Shown here one piece after another: positions 38,825 to 48,695 of a stretch of 64,000 bases of DNA. Below the pieces are notes generated by a model. It saw nothing but the letters and a program-made list of their open reading frames with translations. It was not told the DNA's origin and made no database searches. This DNA is from Patescibacteria group bacterium. GTDB lineage: Bacteria; Patescibacteriota; Dojkabacteria; GCA-002793355. How positions within the stretch are numbered: the stretch's first letter is position 1; each line of letters starts with the position of its first letter. Both the position numbers and the translations under genes were made by a program. The stretch covers positions 719,462 to 783,461 of the forward strand of contig BOKM01000001.1 of the NCBI GenBank assembly GCA_016860985.1, read 5' to 3'.

Positions 38825-40026
38825 TACCTAGAATCTACGTCGCATTGTCAGGAGGTGTTGACAGTGCGGTAGCTGCTGCCTTACTCAAACGACAAGGTTA
38901 TGAGGTCGTAGGTGTGTACATGAAAAACTGGGCGGACGATTTTGGTATATCCGCAGATTGCCCGTGGGAAAAAGATGTAGAAGACGTAAAAAAAGTTGCT
39001 GAGCATTTAGGTATAGAATGGAAAGTCTTTAACTTTGAAAAGGAGTATAAAGAACGGATACTTGATTACTTTTTTGCAGAGTATAAAGCAGGTCGAACTC
39101 CTAATCCCGACATTCTTTGTAATAACCTAATCAAATTCGACCTCTTTGCGCAAAGAGCCTTTGCAGAGGGAGCGACTCACATTGCAACTGGGCACTATGC
39201 CCGAAGGCAAAGTAGCCAAGGGTTTCCTTGGGAAACACAAGGTGAGTTAGGGCTATTTACTGCGCTTGATCCGCAAAAAGATCAGTGTTACTTCTTGCAG
39301 CGATTGTCCAGCGACCAACTGAATCGTGCATTGTTCCCACTTGGGGGGTATTATAAGCAAGAGGTCCGTGCCATGGCACTTGACTTAGGGCTCCCTAACG
39401 CACAAAAGAAGGACAGCCAAGGTATTTGTTTTATCGGTGATATCGATGTAAGAGATTTCATTCGGCAACATTTGAGCAATAACCCAGGGAATATTATTGA
39501 AAGCGAGTCGGGTAGAGTAGTCGGAAAACATCAAGGTTTGTGGTTTTATACGATTGGTCAGCGTCAAGGAATCGGAGTAAGCAGCCCTGATATTCCATAT
39601 TATGTAGTAGAAAAACGTAAGGAGACAAACGAATTAGTAATTGCCAAAGGAAGAGAAAATAAACTCTTGCGAAAGCAGAAGCTTACACTTGGGGCATTGC
39701 ATTCGATTTCGGGGCAATTTCACGAGGGGCAAGCGGTTCAAGTATCTCTTCGCTATAGAGAGAATCCTATTCCGGCCGTTATCGAAGAAATTAACAACAG
39801 TAACGCAGTCATTGTTTCACAATCCAATAAGGGGTTTTGGGCTCCTGCTCTGGGACAAGGAGGGCTTTTCTATAAAAATGAAAATGTAGACAAACTTGCT
39901 GAGAAATCGGACGTTGAGAAAAATTCCGATGTCCTCTATAAATATTTCACAGACAGTGGAACAAGATCTCGTGTGCGATGCTTACAAGTACTCGGATCTG
40001 GAGTAGTAGAGGGGGCAAATGAGTAA
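38821..40026 (+). CDS. mnmA: tRNA 2-thiouridylase
   Basis: SGGVDS, TPNPDILCN, ATGHYA, KDQ.YF, DSQGICF, TIGQR. Confidence 0.97.
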   Translation: MIPRIYVALSGGVDSAVAAALLKRQGYEVVGVYMKNWADDFGISADCPWEKDVEDVKKVAEHLGIEWKVFNFEKEYKERILDYFFAEYKAGRTPNPDILCNNLIKFDLFAQRAFAEGATHIATGHYARRQSSQGFPWETQGELGLFTALDPQKDQCYFLQRLSSDQLNRALFPLGGYYKQEVRAMALDLGLPNAQKKDSQGICFIGDIDVRDFIRQHLSNNPGNIIESESGRVVGKHQGLWFYTIGQRQGIGVSSPDIPYYVVEKRKETNELVIAKGRENKLLRKQKLTLGALHSISGQFHEGQAVQVSLRYRENPIPAVIEEINNSNAVIVSQSNKGFWAPALGQGGLFYKNENVDKLAEKSDVEKNSDVLYKYFTDSGTRSRVRCLQVLGSGVVEGANE

Positions 40027-41245
40027 CCACGAAGTACCGAATATTCATCTTGAGGGTAAAGATAGCGTCGGAAAGGGTGATGCAGCAAAAAACACGGTCG
40101 CATCGCTACTATTTTCAAAAGAGATTCACTTTGAAGGGAGGAGTTATTCACCACAAGATGTTGTCGTTTTGCAAACGGATTTCCCTCAATATTGGGGTTT
40201 AGGGGCATTGATTAGAAAAATGAACAGCAGGCAAGTAGGAGGCAAATATTTTGCAGAAAAAAGCTACTCGCCAGAGGAGACCCTCCATTTAAGAAAGGCA
40301 ATGTACGCGATTGATAGGTTAGTGACCTTGCTTGTGATGGAAAGTATTCCAAAAAATCCTAACAAGCTGTATATTCATATTTCAGATAGAGGTCCATATT
40401 CTCAAACAGTTACCCATGCAGTTTGTTTTACAGAGAAAAATAGATATCTTCATTCGTTAGAATCTGTTGTCGATGCCGATGAATGTTATGTCTCGAGAGT
40501 AAACCCGAGAAGTATCCTTCTTGATGCAGCCGAATCGGGGATAGGTGGAAATGGCGGAAGAGGCGAGCTTGATGAGCTCGAAAAACCACTGTATCAGCAA
40601 CTTTCAGAAAAAGGTTTTGAATGGTTTCTTGAACAACCCGAAGCACATATGACGAAGGTAGTAACTCGAAAAGGGAAGCAGTGGCGACCAAGACAGGAAA
40701 TAGCCACTGAAATACTTGATTCAATTGGCGTTGAATGTACAGAAATGCCAGATTTTGAAAAGTTAAAAGCTAGGGACTTTGCAGGAAAGCGAAGAAGTGG
40801 CAATCTTGTTCAAATTGGAGCAACGGAATTAATGAATTACCTTTATCCGTCGATTTCTCCGGAAGAAAATCTAGAACTTAGCGGTATTCATAATTTTGAT
40901 TTGTGGCGCAAAGTTGCTTATTTTTCAAATGGTGACGATATTTCTCCAATTGTCGGCAATGCTCATGCGGATAAAAAAGAAATTATTGTTAATCACGAGG
41001 AGCTGAATTCCAAACAAATTGGTAGATTTCTCCTAAAAAATCCTCTTGCTCCACGAGCTATACCCGAAGATATTCGATCGTATGCATATTACTTGATTAC
41101 CGAATACACTGGGGGAGAGCTGCTGGAATTAGTACATTATCTTGATAAGCTTCATGCACACGGAAGAGTGTATAGCGAAAGTGAGAGGAGTGGGTATGTA
41201 GAGTTGCTCAGAACCTTATTTGTGCCAGAAGTTAGGTACTGGTGA
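40019..41245 (+). CDS. Thymidylate kinase-like protein with C-terminal extension
   Basis: HLEGKDSVGKG P-loop, FPQY, ISDRGPYS. Confidence 0.65.
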   Translation: MSNHEVPNIHLEGKDSVGKGDAAKNTVASLLFSKEIHFEGRSYSPQDVVVLQTDFPQYWGLGALIRKMNSRQVGGKYFAEKSYSPEETLHLRKAMYAIDRLVTLLVMESIPKNPNKLYIHISDRGPYSQTVTHAVCFTEKNRYLHSLESVVDADECYVSRVNPRSILLDAAESGIGGNGGRGELDELEKPLYQQLSEKGFEWFLEQPEAHMTKVVTRKGKQWRPRQEIATEILDSIGVECTEMPDFEKLKARDFAGKRRSGNLVQIGATELMNYLYPSISPEENLELSGIHNFDLWRKVAYFSNGDDISPIVGNAHADKKEIIVNHEELNSKQIGRFLLKNPLAPRAIPEDIRSYAYYLITEYTGGELLELVHYLDKLHAHGRVYSESERSGYVELLRTLFVPEVRYW

Positions 41246-41759
41246 GCGTGCCTTTTATAAATGGAGCCTTCTTCTGTGTATAAAACCCCATTCGTTTTAT
41301 CAGTATTCGCAGGTATTTTTTTGCTTTCTTTTTTGAAGAGAACTCTGTTGCGAGTGCTACATTCGTTTCCTCAGAGGTAAAAAATCGTTTGAGTACTTTT
41401 TGGTAGGGCTTGGGGTAGATCTGGTAGGCACGTTTTACTTCAATTCTTTTTGCTAGAAGAGTTGTCGATAGCTGTAATAGCTCCATTTTATCAAAGCTTT
41501 TCGACTGTGTAGCCAAATCAGGAGAGGTAAATAGAGCAACAAGGTGGGCAAGCGTAGGCAGCGTCAAAGATTGTACTTTTTGCATACCGAAGATTATGGT
41601 TTTGGGCACAGTTTCTAGCATATCTTGCTCATCAAAGGCTAGGGTTGGGTATTTTTTTTCAAAATAATTTTTTAGCTCAAGCAAAACTGCATCTGCAGGA
41701 AGTGTTCCTTCTTTAAATTCTTTCTTTCTTTTTGTTTGAAAGGGCACGAGTTCCGTCAT
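41232..41759 (-). CDS. Hypothetical basic protein
   Basis: Start ATG 41759, 6 nt after TACAAT. Confidence 0.65.
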   Translation of the reverse strand: MTELVPFQTKRKKEFKEGTLPADAVLLELKNYFEKKYPTLAFDEQDMLETVPKTIIFGMQKVQSLTLPTLAHLVALFTSPDLATQSKSFDKMELLQLSTTLLAKRIEVKRAYQIYPKPYQKVLKRFFTSEETNVALATEFSSKKKAKKYLRILIKRMGFYTQKKAPFIKGTLTST

Positions 41760-41798
41760 GTTCGTATTGTACGCCAAGTCAGAAATATTCGCAAAACG

Positions 41799-41828
41799 TT
41801 GACGGAGATACCCCTGGGGGTATATACT
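41799..41828 (+). promoter_or_regulatory. Promoter with CsoR/RcnR-type operator
   Basis: TTGACG...TATACT; the spacer carries the palindrome ATACCCC-TG-GGGGTAT (41808-41823). Confidence 0.8.
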
Positions 41829-41834
41829 GAAGGC

Positions 41835-42065
41835 ATGAAACAAGAGGTCCGGGACCAACTCATTAACCGTCTAAAACGTATCGAAGGTCAGGTAAAAGCA
41901 GTACAGCGAATGATTGAAGAGGAATCAAACGAACCAAAACAGGTACTGACGCAACTGACTGCGGTTATCTCATCTTTAGAAACTACAAAAATCGCCTTGG
42001 TCGAAGAATATACTAAGGAAAAGATTATGGCTTCGCTTGATAGTCTTTCCGACCTTTTGAAATAG
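41835..42065 (+). CDS. CsoR/RcnR/FrmR-family regulator without Cys or His
   Basis: LINRLKRIEGQVKAVQRMIE, VLTQLTAV. Confidence 0.9.
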   Translation: MKQEVRDQLINRLKRIEGQVKAVQRMIEEESNEPKQVLTQLTAVISSLETTKIALVEEYTKEKIMASLDSLSDLLK

Positions 42066-42097
42066 TAGGGCGCTCTTGTGGGTGCTATAATCACGGT

Positions 42098-42691
42098 ATG
42101 CAACTGTCAAAACTCAAGAAAATTAATGCGATTCAATTAGAGGTTCGCGATACAAAGGTTATCTGGCTAATAGATACCGTTATGACTCCCTCGGATATCG
42201 ACGGAAAAATTCCAGAAGGTACTGATGTCTTTTTAGTTAACCGTACAGAGCCCTTTACCTCTGCCTCCGAAGTAGAGAAGTGGGATTTATATTCACAAAG
42301 AATCAAGTCTGAAAGAAATACAGTTATCATCTTTTCAGCCGGAGAGTATCGAGTAAAAGATGTTCACCTAAAAGGTAGTAGCCTTGATCCAAAGGTCCAC
42401 TTTGTTGTTGAAACCCCAGAAGGCAGTGTTGGATTCTTTCAATCTGAACCAAGTGATTCATTTATTAAACAATATGCACCAATCGATGTCATCGTTGGAA
42501 GAGACATGGCATTAGCAGGTGTCCAGCTCGATTTTGAGCCTTTCTATGTTGTACTTGCTACGTTCTCCGAAGAATACCAAAAGAAGAGTGGCGTGAGCGA
42601 AGTAACCTCAAACGACAAGCTTTCGGTAAAGAAGATTGACCAAGCGGCACGAGAAGGTACCGTGAGTATGTCAGTTTATTCGTTGGCATAA
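42098..42691 (+). CDS. Degenerate MBL-fold (Lactamase_B_3-like) protein
   Basis: IFSAGEYRVKDV, IDVI, EP..V pattern; metal-binding His motif absent. Confidence 0.45.
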   Translation: MQLSKLKKINAIQLEVRDTKVIWLIDTVMTPSDIDGKIPEGTDVFLVNRTEPFTSASEVEKWDLYSQRIKSERNTVIIFSAGEYRVKDVHLKGSSLDPKVHFVVETPEGSVGFFQSEPSDSFIKQYAPIDVIVGRDMALAGVQLDFEPFYVVLATFSEEYQKKSGVSEVTSNDKLSVKKIDQAAREGTVSMSVYSLA

Positions 42692-43743
42692 TGTCGAGCG
42701 CAGACTTACTCTCATTCGAAAATAAAACGTCTCCAAACTCTTTATTCGCTATTACCGCTGCCATAGTTACAGAATTGGAAGGGGAACGTTTTGCTGAAAC
42801 AAAAAAATACGAACCTGCCGCAGTGGCTCCAGCAGAAAAAGTAATAAAAGAGAAGCTACAACTCCCAGAGTTCGACCAAGATGAAGTACCGTTTGCCGAG
42901 TATACACAAGGATTGCTCCACGAAGAAGATGAGTATACAGACGAAAAACCATGGAAATTACGTTGGAAATTGGGCGAGGGGCATATACCAGTTTTAAATG
43001 CAAACTCCGCTCTTCCACAAGCGCTTTCTGCAAAAAGCGCAAAAGAGGTTCACAATACTCTCTACTTTAGAAACAAACTTGGTGCAGTGCTCGACGCCTT
43101 TGAAATGAACACTCCCGAGCGTGAGCAAATGCTTGCCTTTTGGGATGGCAAACCCGGATTTGCGGCAGGTTTTACGAAAAGCATTGTGCCACTTTTGGCG
43201 TTACGAGAACTTGCCTCCAAAGAACGAACGGAGGATATTGACCATTACATGGACGACTATTACTGGAGAGTATCGCTTGCAAAATCAGAGAAAACACGTG
43301 ATCCAGTTAATTACCGAGTTGCTGCCGTTTTATCGGTGCTCGCGCGTCAAAAAGAGACTGGTTTTACACTAGATACAGTGGAGGATATATTCGATACTTT
43401 CAAGCTTGTAGATAAAGATGGCGAAATACAACACAGAACAAAAGCACGAGAGTTACTCACTCGCTGTGTTGCGGAGCAGTCGCTTGTACCGATGTTCGAA
43501 GAAAACGCCAGAATAGTGGGGAGATTGATATTGCAAGGGTATTATAATTCGCGCAAAAAAGACTTACTCTCTGGATTTATTGATGTACCTGAACATGAAT
43601 TATACAAACGAATTCTTAACGAAATGGTGGTACTGGCATTGCTCAAGGTTACTCCAACTCATCCTGTATTTGAAAGATTGCAGAATATGGATTCGGAAAA
43701 ATTGGACGCGATTGTAGACGGCTTGTTTACTGTGGCGAAATAA
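42691..43743 (+). CDS. Hypothetical protein
   Basis: 350 aa ORF, coupled to the upstream gene. Confidence 0.75.
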   Translation: MSSADLLSFENKTSPNSLFAITAAIVTELEGERFAETKKYEPAAVAPAEKVIKEKLQLPEFDQDEVPFAEYTQGLLHEEDEYTDEKPWKLRWKLGEGHIPVLNANSALPQALSAKSAKEVHNTLYFRNKLGAVLDAFEMNTPEREQMLAFWDGKPGFAAGFTKSIVPLLALRELASKERTEDIDHYMDDYYWRVSLAKSEKTRDPVNYRVAAVLSVLARQKETGFTLDTVEDIFDTFKLVDKDGEIQHRTKARELLTRCVAEQSLVPMFEENARIVGRLILQGYYNSRKKDLLSGFIDVPEHELYKRILNEMVVLALLKVTPTHPVFERLQNMDSEKLDAIVDGLFTVAK

Positions 43744-43759
43744 GTGATACACTATAGGT

Positions 43760-45076
43760 ATGGTTCAGAAGATTCCTCCACAGAATATCGAAGTTGAAAA
43801 AAGTCTTTTAGGAGCGATCTTGTTAGATCGAGATGCGCTTGTTCGTGTGCTTACTTTTTTGCGTGCAGAGCATTTTTACGAGAAGCGACATGCCGTAATT
43901 TACGAGGCTATGAAGTCTCTTTTTATGGCTTCAATTTCGATCGATCAGCTTACGTTAACCGACTATTTACAAAAGCAGCATACACTCCAAGAGGTCGGGG
44001 GTCGTTCTTATTTAGTCGAGTTAGTTGAAGGTGTACCAACTTCTGCACACGCAGAGCAATATGCCAAAACAATCAAAGAAAAGGCCCTTAGGCGTAATTT
44101 GATTACCGCAGCAGCAACCATTACCGATCTCGCGTTTGACGAAGAAAAGCCCACAAACGACGTTGTAAATCAATCTCAACACGAGCTGTTTCAGGTTTCT
44201 GTGCAGGGTGTAGACAAAGGTTTTACACATATTAAAGATGTTCTAGCACAGGTTTACGAAGAAGCAGCTGCAGTAGATCCGTCTCAAGGTTCAATGCTCG
44301 GAGTTCCCACGGGATTCCGTGATTTAGATGCAATGTTGGGTGGTTTGCAAAAGTCTGACTTGGTTATTCTTGCAGCTCGACCATCAATGGGTAAAACCTC
44401 TTTGGCACTCGATATGGTCCGAAATATTGCACTTGAAAGTAAAAAAGTTGCATTCTTTTCTCTTGAAATGTCTCAACAACAGCTTGCCTCGAGGCTTCTT
44501 GCGTCACAAAGTGGGGTAGGACTATGGCAGATGCGAACTGGAGGGCTTACAGAAGATGAATTTGCAAAATTATCAGAAGGAACGGGTATTCTTTCTGATT
44601 TGGATATTTCTATCGACGACTCTCCTGGTGCTAATATCGTAGAAATCCGAACAAAAGCCCGAAGATTGTATATGGAGCAGGGTATAGATGCCATATTTAT
44701 TGACTACTTGCAGTTAATCCAAGGGAATGCCCGCGAAGGACGTGTGCAAGAAGTGTCCCAAATCTCACAGGAATTAAAGAACATGGCGCGTGAGCTTAAG
44801 GTTCCTGTTGTGGCGTTGTCACAGCTTTCGCGTAAGACCGAAGATAGACCCGACAAAATGCCACAATTGTCAGATTTACGTGATTCGGGTTCTATCGAAC
44901 AAGATGCAGACGTTGTGATGTTTATCCATCGTGAAGATTATTATGATCCTGAGAGCGAGAAGAAGGGTATCGCAGAGATTAAGATATCAAAGCATCGAAA
45001 TGGTCCAACTGGCTCAGTTGATCTCGCGTGGGTTAAGGAAATGGCCAGCTTTAGGAATCTTGCAAAAGATCAATAG
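43760..45076 (+). CDS. dnaB: Replicative DNA helicase
   Basis: AARPSMGKT, FFSLEM, IDYLQL, LSQLSR, DLRDSGSIEQDAD, KHRNGP; no intein. Confidence 0.98.
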   Translation: MVQKIPPQNIEVEKSLLGAILLDRDALVRVLTFLRAEHFYEKRHAVIYEAMKSLFMASISIDQLTLTDYLQKQHTLQEVGGRSYLVELVEGVPTSAHAEQYAKTIKEKALRRNLITAAATITDLAFDEEKPTNDVVNQSQHELFQVSVQGVDKGFTHIKDVLAQVYEEAAAVDPSQGSMLGVPTGFRDLDAMLGGLQKSDLVILAARPSMGKTSLALDMVRNIALESKKVAFFSLEMSQQQLASRLLASQSGVGLWQMRTGGLTEDEFAKLSEGTGILSDLDISIDDSPGANIVEIRTKARRLYMEQGIDAIFIDYLQLIQGNAREGRVQEVSQISQELKNMARELKVPVVALSQLSRKTEDRPDKMPQLSDLRDSGSIEQDADVVMFIHREDYYDPESEKKGIAEIKISKHRNGPTGSVDLAWVKEMASFRNLAKDQ

Positions 45077-45171
45077 GTATAGGTAGTATCTCATTTAGTC
45101 GATTAGTGCACTTTTTTCTTATGGGACATTCTACCATCTTGTGCTTTTTCTTGCTATAATTCCTAATCTTT

Positions 45172-45257
45172 GGGCAGGTGGTGGAATGGCAGACACGGAA
45201 GACTCAAAATCTTCTGCGGGTTACCCCCGCGTGAGGGTTCGACTCCCTCTCTGCCCA
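45172..45257 (+). tRNA. tRNA-Leu(CAA), CCA not encoded
   Basis: Acceptor GGGCAGG/TCTGCCC, anticodon arm GAAGA-CTCAAAA-TCTTC, long variable arm, GAGGG-TTCGACT-CCCTC. Confidence 0.97.
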
Positions 45258-45284
45258 AAGTAGTTCACTTGAAAAATTTTGAGT

Positions 45285-46034
45285 ATGTATACACTCCTCG
45301 CACAGGCAGGAACCCCTGCAACAGATATTGGCACCTACTTACAAAGTATGTTTCAACAGGCAATTGGTATTGATGTTATGCTTGCCTTTAAAATGCTTGG
45401 TTTATGGGTTTTTATTATCTGGCTGGTCTTTGCGTTGTGGGTTGCAGTCGATGCAAGTGCACGATACAAACAGTGGCAAGTCGCCGTTTTATGGTTCCTT
45501 TTCGTTCTTCCGTTTAACGTCTTGGGCTTTGTCGGATATTTGTTTATGCGACCTCCAGTTACTATCGATGAGCATCAATGGACCAAACTCGAAAGCAAGT
45601 ATTTAATGCACGAACTTAGTTCTGTAAACGACTGTCCGACTTGTGGGACACTTGTTCCTGTATCGCATAATTTTTGTCCTGTTTGTGGAACTCAAATGAA
45701 TGTAACCTGTGCTAAGTGCGAAGCAACTCAGAGCATTTACCATATTCACTGTACAAATTGTGGCGAAAAGATTGGAGAAGAGCAAAAGCAGGTGTCAAAG
45801 TTAAAGATCGTCTCACACAAGCAGGATATTTTTCAGAAAATCGGCGAAGCAGTAATTGGTACCAAAAATGGATTAGTTCAGAAGTTACGCGATATTCGTA
45901 CAAAAATTACAACTCGTAAGCCAAAAGCACCAAAAGTTGCCCCCGAAGTTACCGCAACCGAAGCAAAGATTGAAGAAAAGTCGCCGGAAACACCAACAGA
46001 AAAAGAAAATACTTCGACCCAAGAAAAAGCATAA
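45285..46034 (+). CDS. Membrane protein with double zinc ribbon
   Basis: Two TM, then CPTC/CPVC/CAKC/CTNC. Confidence 0.85.
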   Translation: MYTLLAQAGTPATDIGTYLQSMFQQAIGIDVMLAFKMLGLWVFIIWLVFALWVAVDASARYKQWQVAVLWFLFVLPFNVLGFVGYLFMRPPVTIDEHQWTKLESKYLMHELSSVNDCPTCGTLVPVSHNFCPVCGTQMNVTCAKCEATQSIYHIHCTNCGEKIGEEQKQVSKLKIVSHKQDIFQKIGEAVIGTKNGLVQKLRDIRTKITTRKPKAPKVAPEVTATEAKIEEKSPETPTEKENTSTQEKA

Positions 46035-46036
46035 TT

Positions 46037-46537
46037 ATGCTGCTTACTGTTGCGCTTATTTGTATCGGTTTCGTGGTACTTTATACAGTGTGGCGTGTTT
46101 TTATATCGACGTGGGGAAGACTTTCTGAATTAGGTATTACACACCGCAACTCTTCCGTAACATATTTCGACAAGATTCTTTACTCAGGACTGTTTGGGTT
46201 GTTGATTTCTCGGATCGTATGGATGGTAATGAATAGAGCAGTGTACGCAGATGTACCTTGGGGAATCTTGCCGTATAGCAGAAGCGCAACTGAGTTTATT
46301 TGGTTCACACTCTTTCCATGGCGCTTTTTTAGAATAACAGAAGGAATTATGCTCCCCCTCCTTTGGGGTTTAATGTGCGCGGGTATTGTATGGCTTATCT
46401 CTATTCCTACGTTCAGGCTGGTTCGTACCTTAAAAATTGAGAAGCGTGGTGTAATGCGAGCTTTTCTTTTGAGAATAGTGGCAGGCACCTTGCTTATGAT
46501 TGGCTATTTTGCTGTATTGATTTATTTTGCCGTATAA
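46037..46537 (+). CDS. Membrane protein, possibly Lgt-like
   Basis: Four TM, GLLISRI segment. Confidence 0.5.
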   Translation: MLLTVALICIGFVVLYTVWRVFISTWGRLSELGITHRNSSVTYFDKILYSGLFGLLISRIVWMVMNRAVYADVPWGILPYSRSATEFIWFTLFPWRFFRITEGIMLPLLWGLMCAGIVWLISIPTFRLVRTLKIEKRGVMRAFLLRIVAGTLLMIGYFAVLIYFAV

Positions 46538-46543
46538 TTGCGT

Positions 46544-47620
46544 ATGAGATTAGACATGTATCTACAAGAAGCGATAGAGAAGGGATATGGAATTAAGCTC
46601 TCTCGCTCCTATATTGAACGAATTTTAGAAAGTGGAGCAGTCTTATTTAACGACGAAGTTATCAAGAAGAAAGGCTTTGATTTTGATCCTGCTAAGCAGC
46701 TTCCTGTATTGATCGAAGACAAAGTAAAAAACATTATCTCAGTCTACCGTACTGGCAAGAAGCAAGATGAAGAAGCTGGCGCTTGGGATGCAAGCGAAAT
46801 GGGGATCGAATTAGACGAATATAGAGTTCAAAAAGCAGCTGATATACGTCCACGAATCATTTTGGAAACAGACGATATTATCGCGGTCGATAAACCCCAG
46901 GGGGTATCAAGTCACCCCGGAAAGGGAGACCGTGGTGCAGACAGTATGGTGTATCAATTTATCAAATACATGCGCGAAGCTCATAAATATATTCCTCGTG
47001 CAGGTTTACTTCACCGTTTAGATAAAGATACACAAGGCATCCTCCTGTTTGCAAAGAATATGGAAACCTATAATGAGGTAAAATCTCAATTTGAAACTCG
47101 CGGGATTAGTAAATATTACCTTGCTGTTTGTGAAAAAACACCGCGAATGCACGCTTCTTTGACTCAACATCTTTCCTACTTAAAAAAAGCGACGAAAGGT
47201 TCCAAAACCTACAGTGAATACGCAACGACAGAAGAATTGGTTGCAGAAGTAACCTCTTCGCAACGATCCCTTAAGCTAGAAGGGTATATAGGAAGGCGAA
47301 AAGGAACTCCATATATGGTTTATACCCCAGATTCTCACACCGCTCGTGCTCTTGTTGGATCCAAATCGTGTGTAAGTGAAGTATTTGTTATTTCCGAATC
47401 TGACTCTGAAGTACAACTCTTATTCAAACCACATACAGGCAGAACACATCAAATCAGAGCGCAGGCAAGATACCTTGGTGCACCAGTGCAAAACGACCGT
47501 GTATATGGGAACAAAGATACCCTTGGGGGTACAATGAAGCTGTGTGCAATTGCTGTTTCATTGACTCTAAAAGGAGAACAGCAGCAAATCTCGTTGCCGC
47601 TTCAGAAAATCTTCTCGTAA
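46544..47620 (+). CDS. RluA/RluD-family pseudouridine synthase
   Basis: MRLD S4-like start, DKPQG..SHP, LHRLDKDTQG, TGRTHQIR. Confidence 0.93.
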   Translation: MRLDMYLQEAIEKGYGIKLSRSYIERILESGAVLFNDEVIKKKGFDFDPAKQLPVLIEDKVKNIISVYRTGKKQDEEAGAWDASEMGIELDEYRVQKAADIRPRIILETDDIIAVDKPQGVSSHPGKGDRGADSMVYQFIKYMREAHKYIPRAGLLHRLDKDTQGILLFAKNMETYNEVKSQFETRGISKYYLAVCEKTPRMHASLTQHLSYLKKATKGSKTYSEYATTEELVAEVTSSQRSLKLEGYIGRRKGTPYMVYTPDSHTARALVGSKSCVSEVFVISESDSEVQLLFKPHTGRTHQIRAQARYLGAPVQNDRVYGNKDTLGGTMKLCAIAVSLTLKGEQQQISLPLQKIFS

Positions 47621-48066
47621 ATAAGAATTTTTTATCTTTTAGAGTGTTTTTCTCTAGTCACAGTGTAATAACTATAGGCTAATGTGCGCTGTCATATCAT
47701 AGCGTTGACTCGCTTTATTGAGCGGAATTTCAAGTATTGTTGCACGACGTCAAATAACCGCTATTGAACAAAAAAGGTGTTCGCCAAGTAAGTTCGTTAG
47801 GTTAGAGAAAAATGAGATTTTCTATCTTACTGCATTGATATGGAACAACACGTGGTAAGTATTATGATATTTAAGTGGAAAACCAGAGGAGAAAAATTTG
47901 GAAAACATTGAAAATATAGTGCAAAGCAGGATAAAAAAACGTATCATAAAAGAGTCATTGCGTGTGGCGTTGAAATGATTGGTTATATCAACAGAAATTA
48001 GAAGCATACTATTGTTACTTGTATAGTCGAAAAAGGAATGTACAAAGAAGGTGTTATAATGTACCA

Positions 48067-48693
48067 ATGATTGGGTATCTAAAAGGTAAAGTCCTTCAAA
48101 AGTTTAAAACAGGCAAAAATGTTGTAACGCTCACGCTGCAAGTGACCCCGGAGGGAGAATATGGAATTGGATACGCAGTGCTAGTAACAGAAATGTGTGG
48201 GTCTACTATTCCTGTGCAGTCATTCACCGAACTTTGGACGTATGCGGTTCATTCTGAGAATGATTCTTACCTCATTGGTTTTTCAACTCCAGATAAAATG
48301 AATATATTCTTGGATTTACTAAGTGTTTCTGGGGTCGGTCCGAGAACTGCAATGCTCATTGTTGATTCTGTTGGCGTAGAGCAGATACGGCATGCGCTTG
48401 TGGCCAAAGATGTAAATGTATTTTCGAAGGTTCCAGGAATCGGCCATAAAACTGCTGCAAAAATTGTTGTCGAGCTTTCAGGTCGCGGAGTTGACGTTGC
48501 AAACATGCTGTACCAGTCAAATGTTCAGAACGATTTATCCTCCAACTATGCAGATGTGTATGCAACCTTGCTCAAGTTAGGTTATTCCACGAGTGCGGCC
48601 AAAGAGGCCTTGCAAAGGGCTGCACCGTTACTTCAGGCGAACGAAAACAAAACGACGGCAGAAAAAGTAACGTTAATTCTTGCTAATTCATAA
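48067..48693 (+). CDS. ruvA: Holliday junction branch migration protein RuvA
   Basis: MIGYLKG, LLSVSGVGPR, VPGIGHKTAAKI, LLKLGY. Confidence 0.95.
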   Translation: MIGYLKGKVLQKFKTGKNVVTLTLQVTPEGEYGIGYAVLVTEMCGSTIPVQSFTELWTYAVHSENDSYLIGFSTPDKMNIFLDLLSVSGVGPRTAMLIVDSVGVEQIRHALVAKDVNVFSKVPGIGHKTAAKIVVELSGRGVDVANMLYQSNVQNDLSSNYADVYATLLKLGYSTSAAKEALQRAAPLLQANENKTTAEKVTLILANS

Positions 48694-48695
48694 GT

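Noticed and set aside
32538-40580. Shared GRGELD peptide in the orphan at 32538 and the Tmk-like protein
   Set aside because: Six residues only, different codons, no further similarity
45172-45290. tRNA-Leu as an integration site for the tyrosine recombinase
   Set aside because: No duplicated tRNA 3' end seen; the intervening genes (rluD-like, ruvAB) are core
45170-45373. 67-aa ORF in the track
   Set aside because: It is a translation of the tRNA-Leu gene
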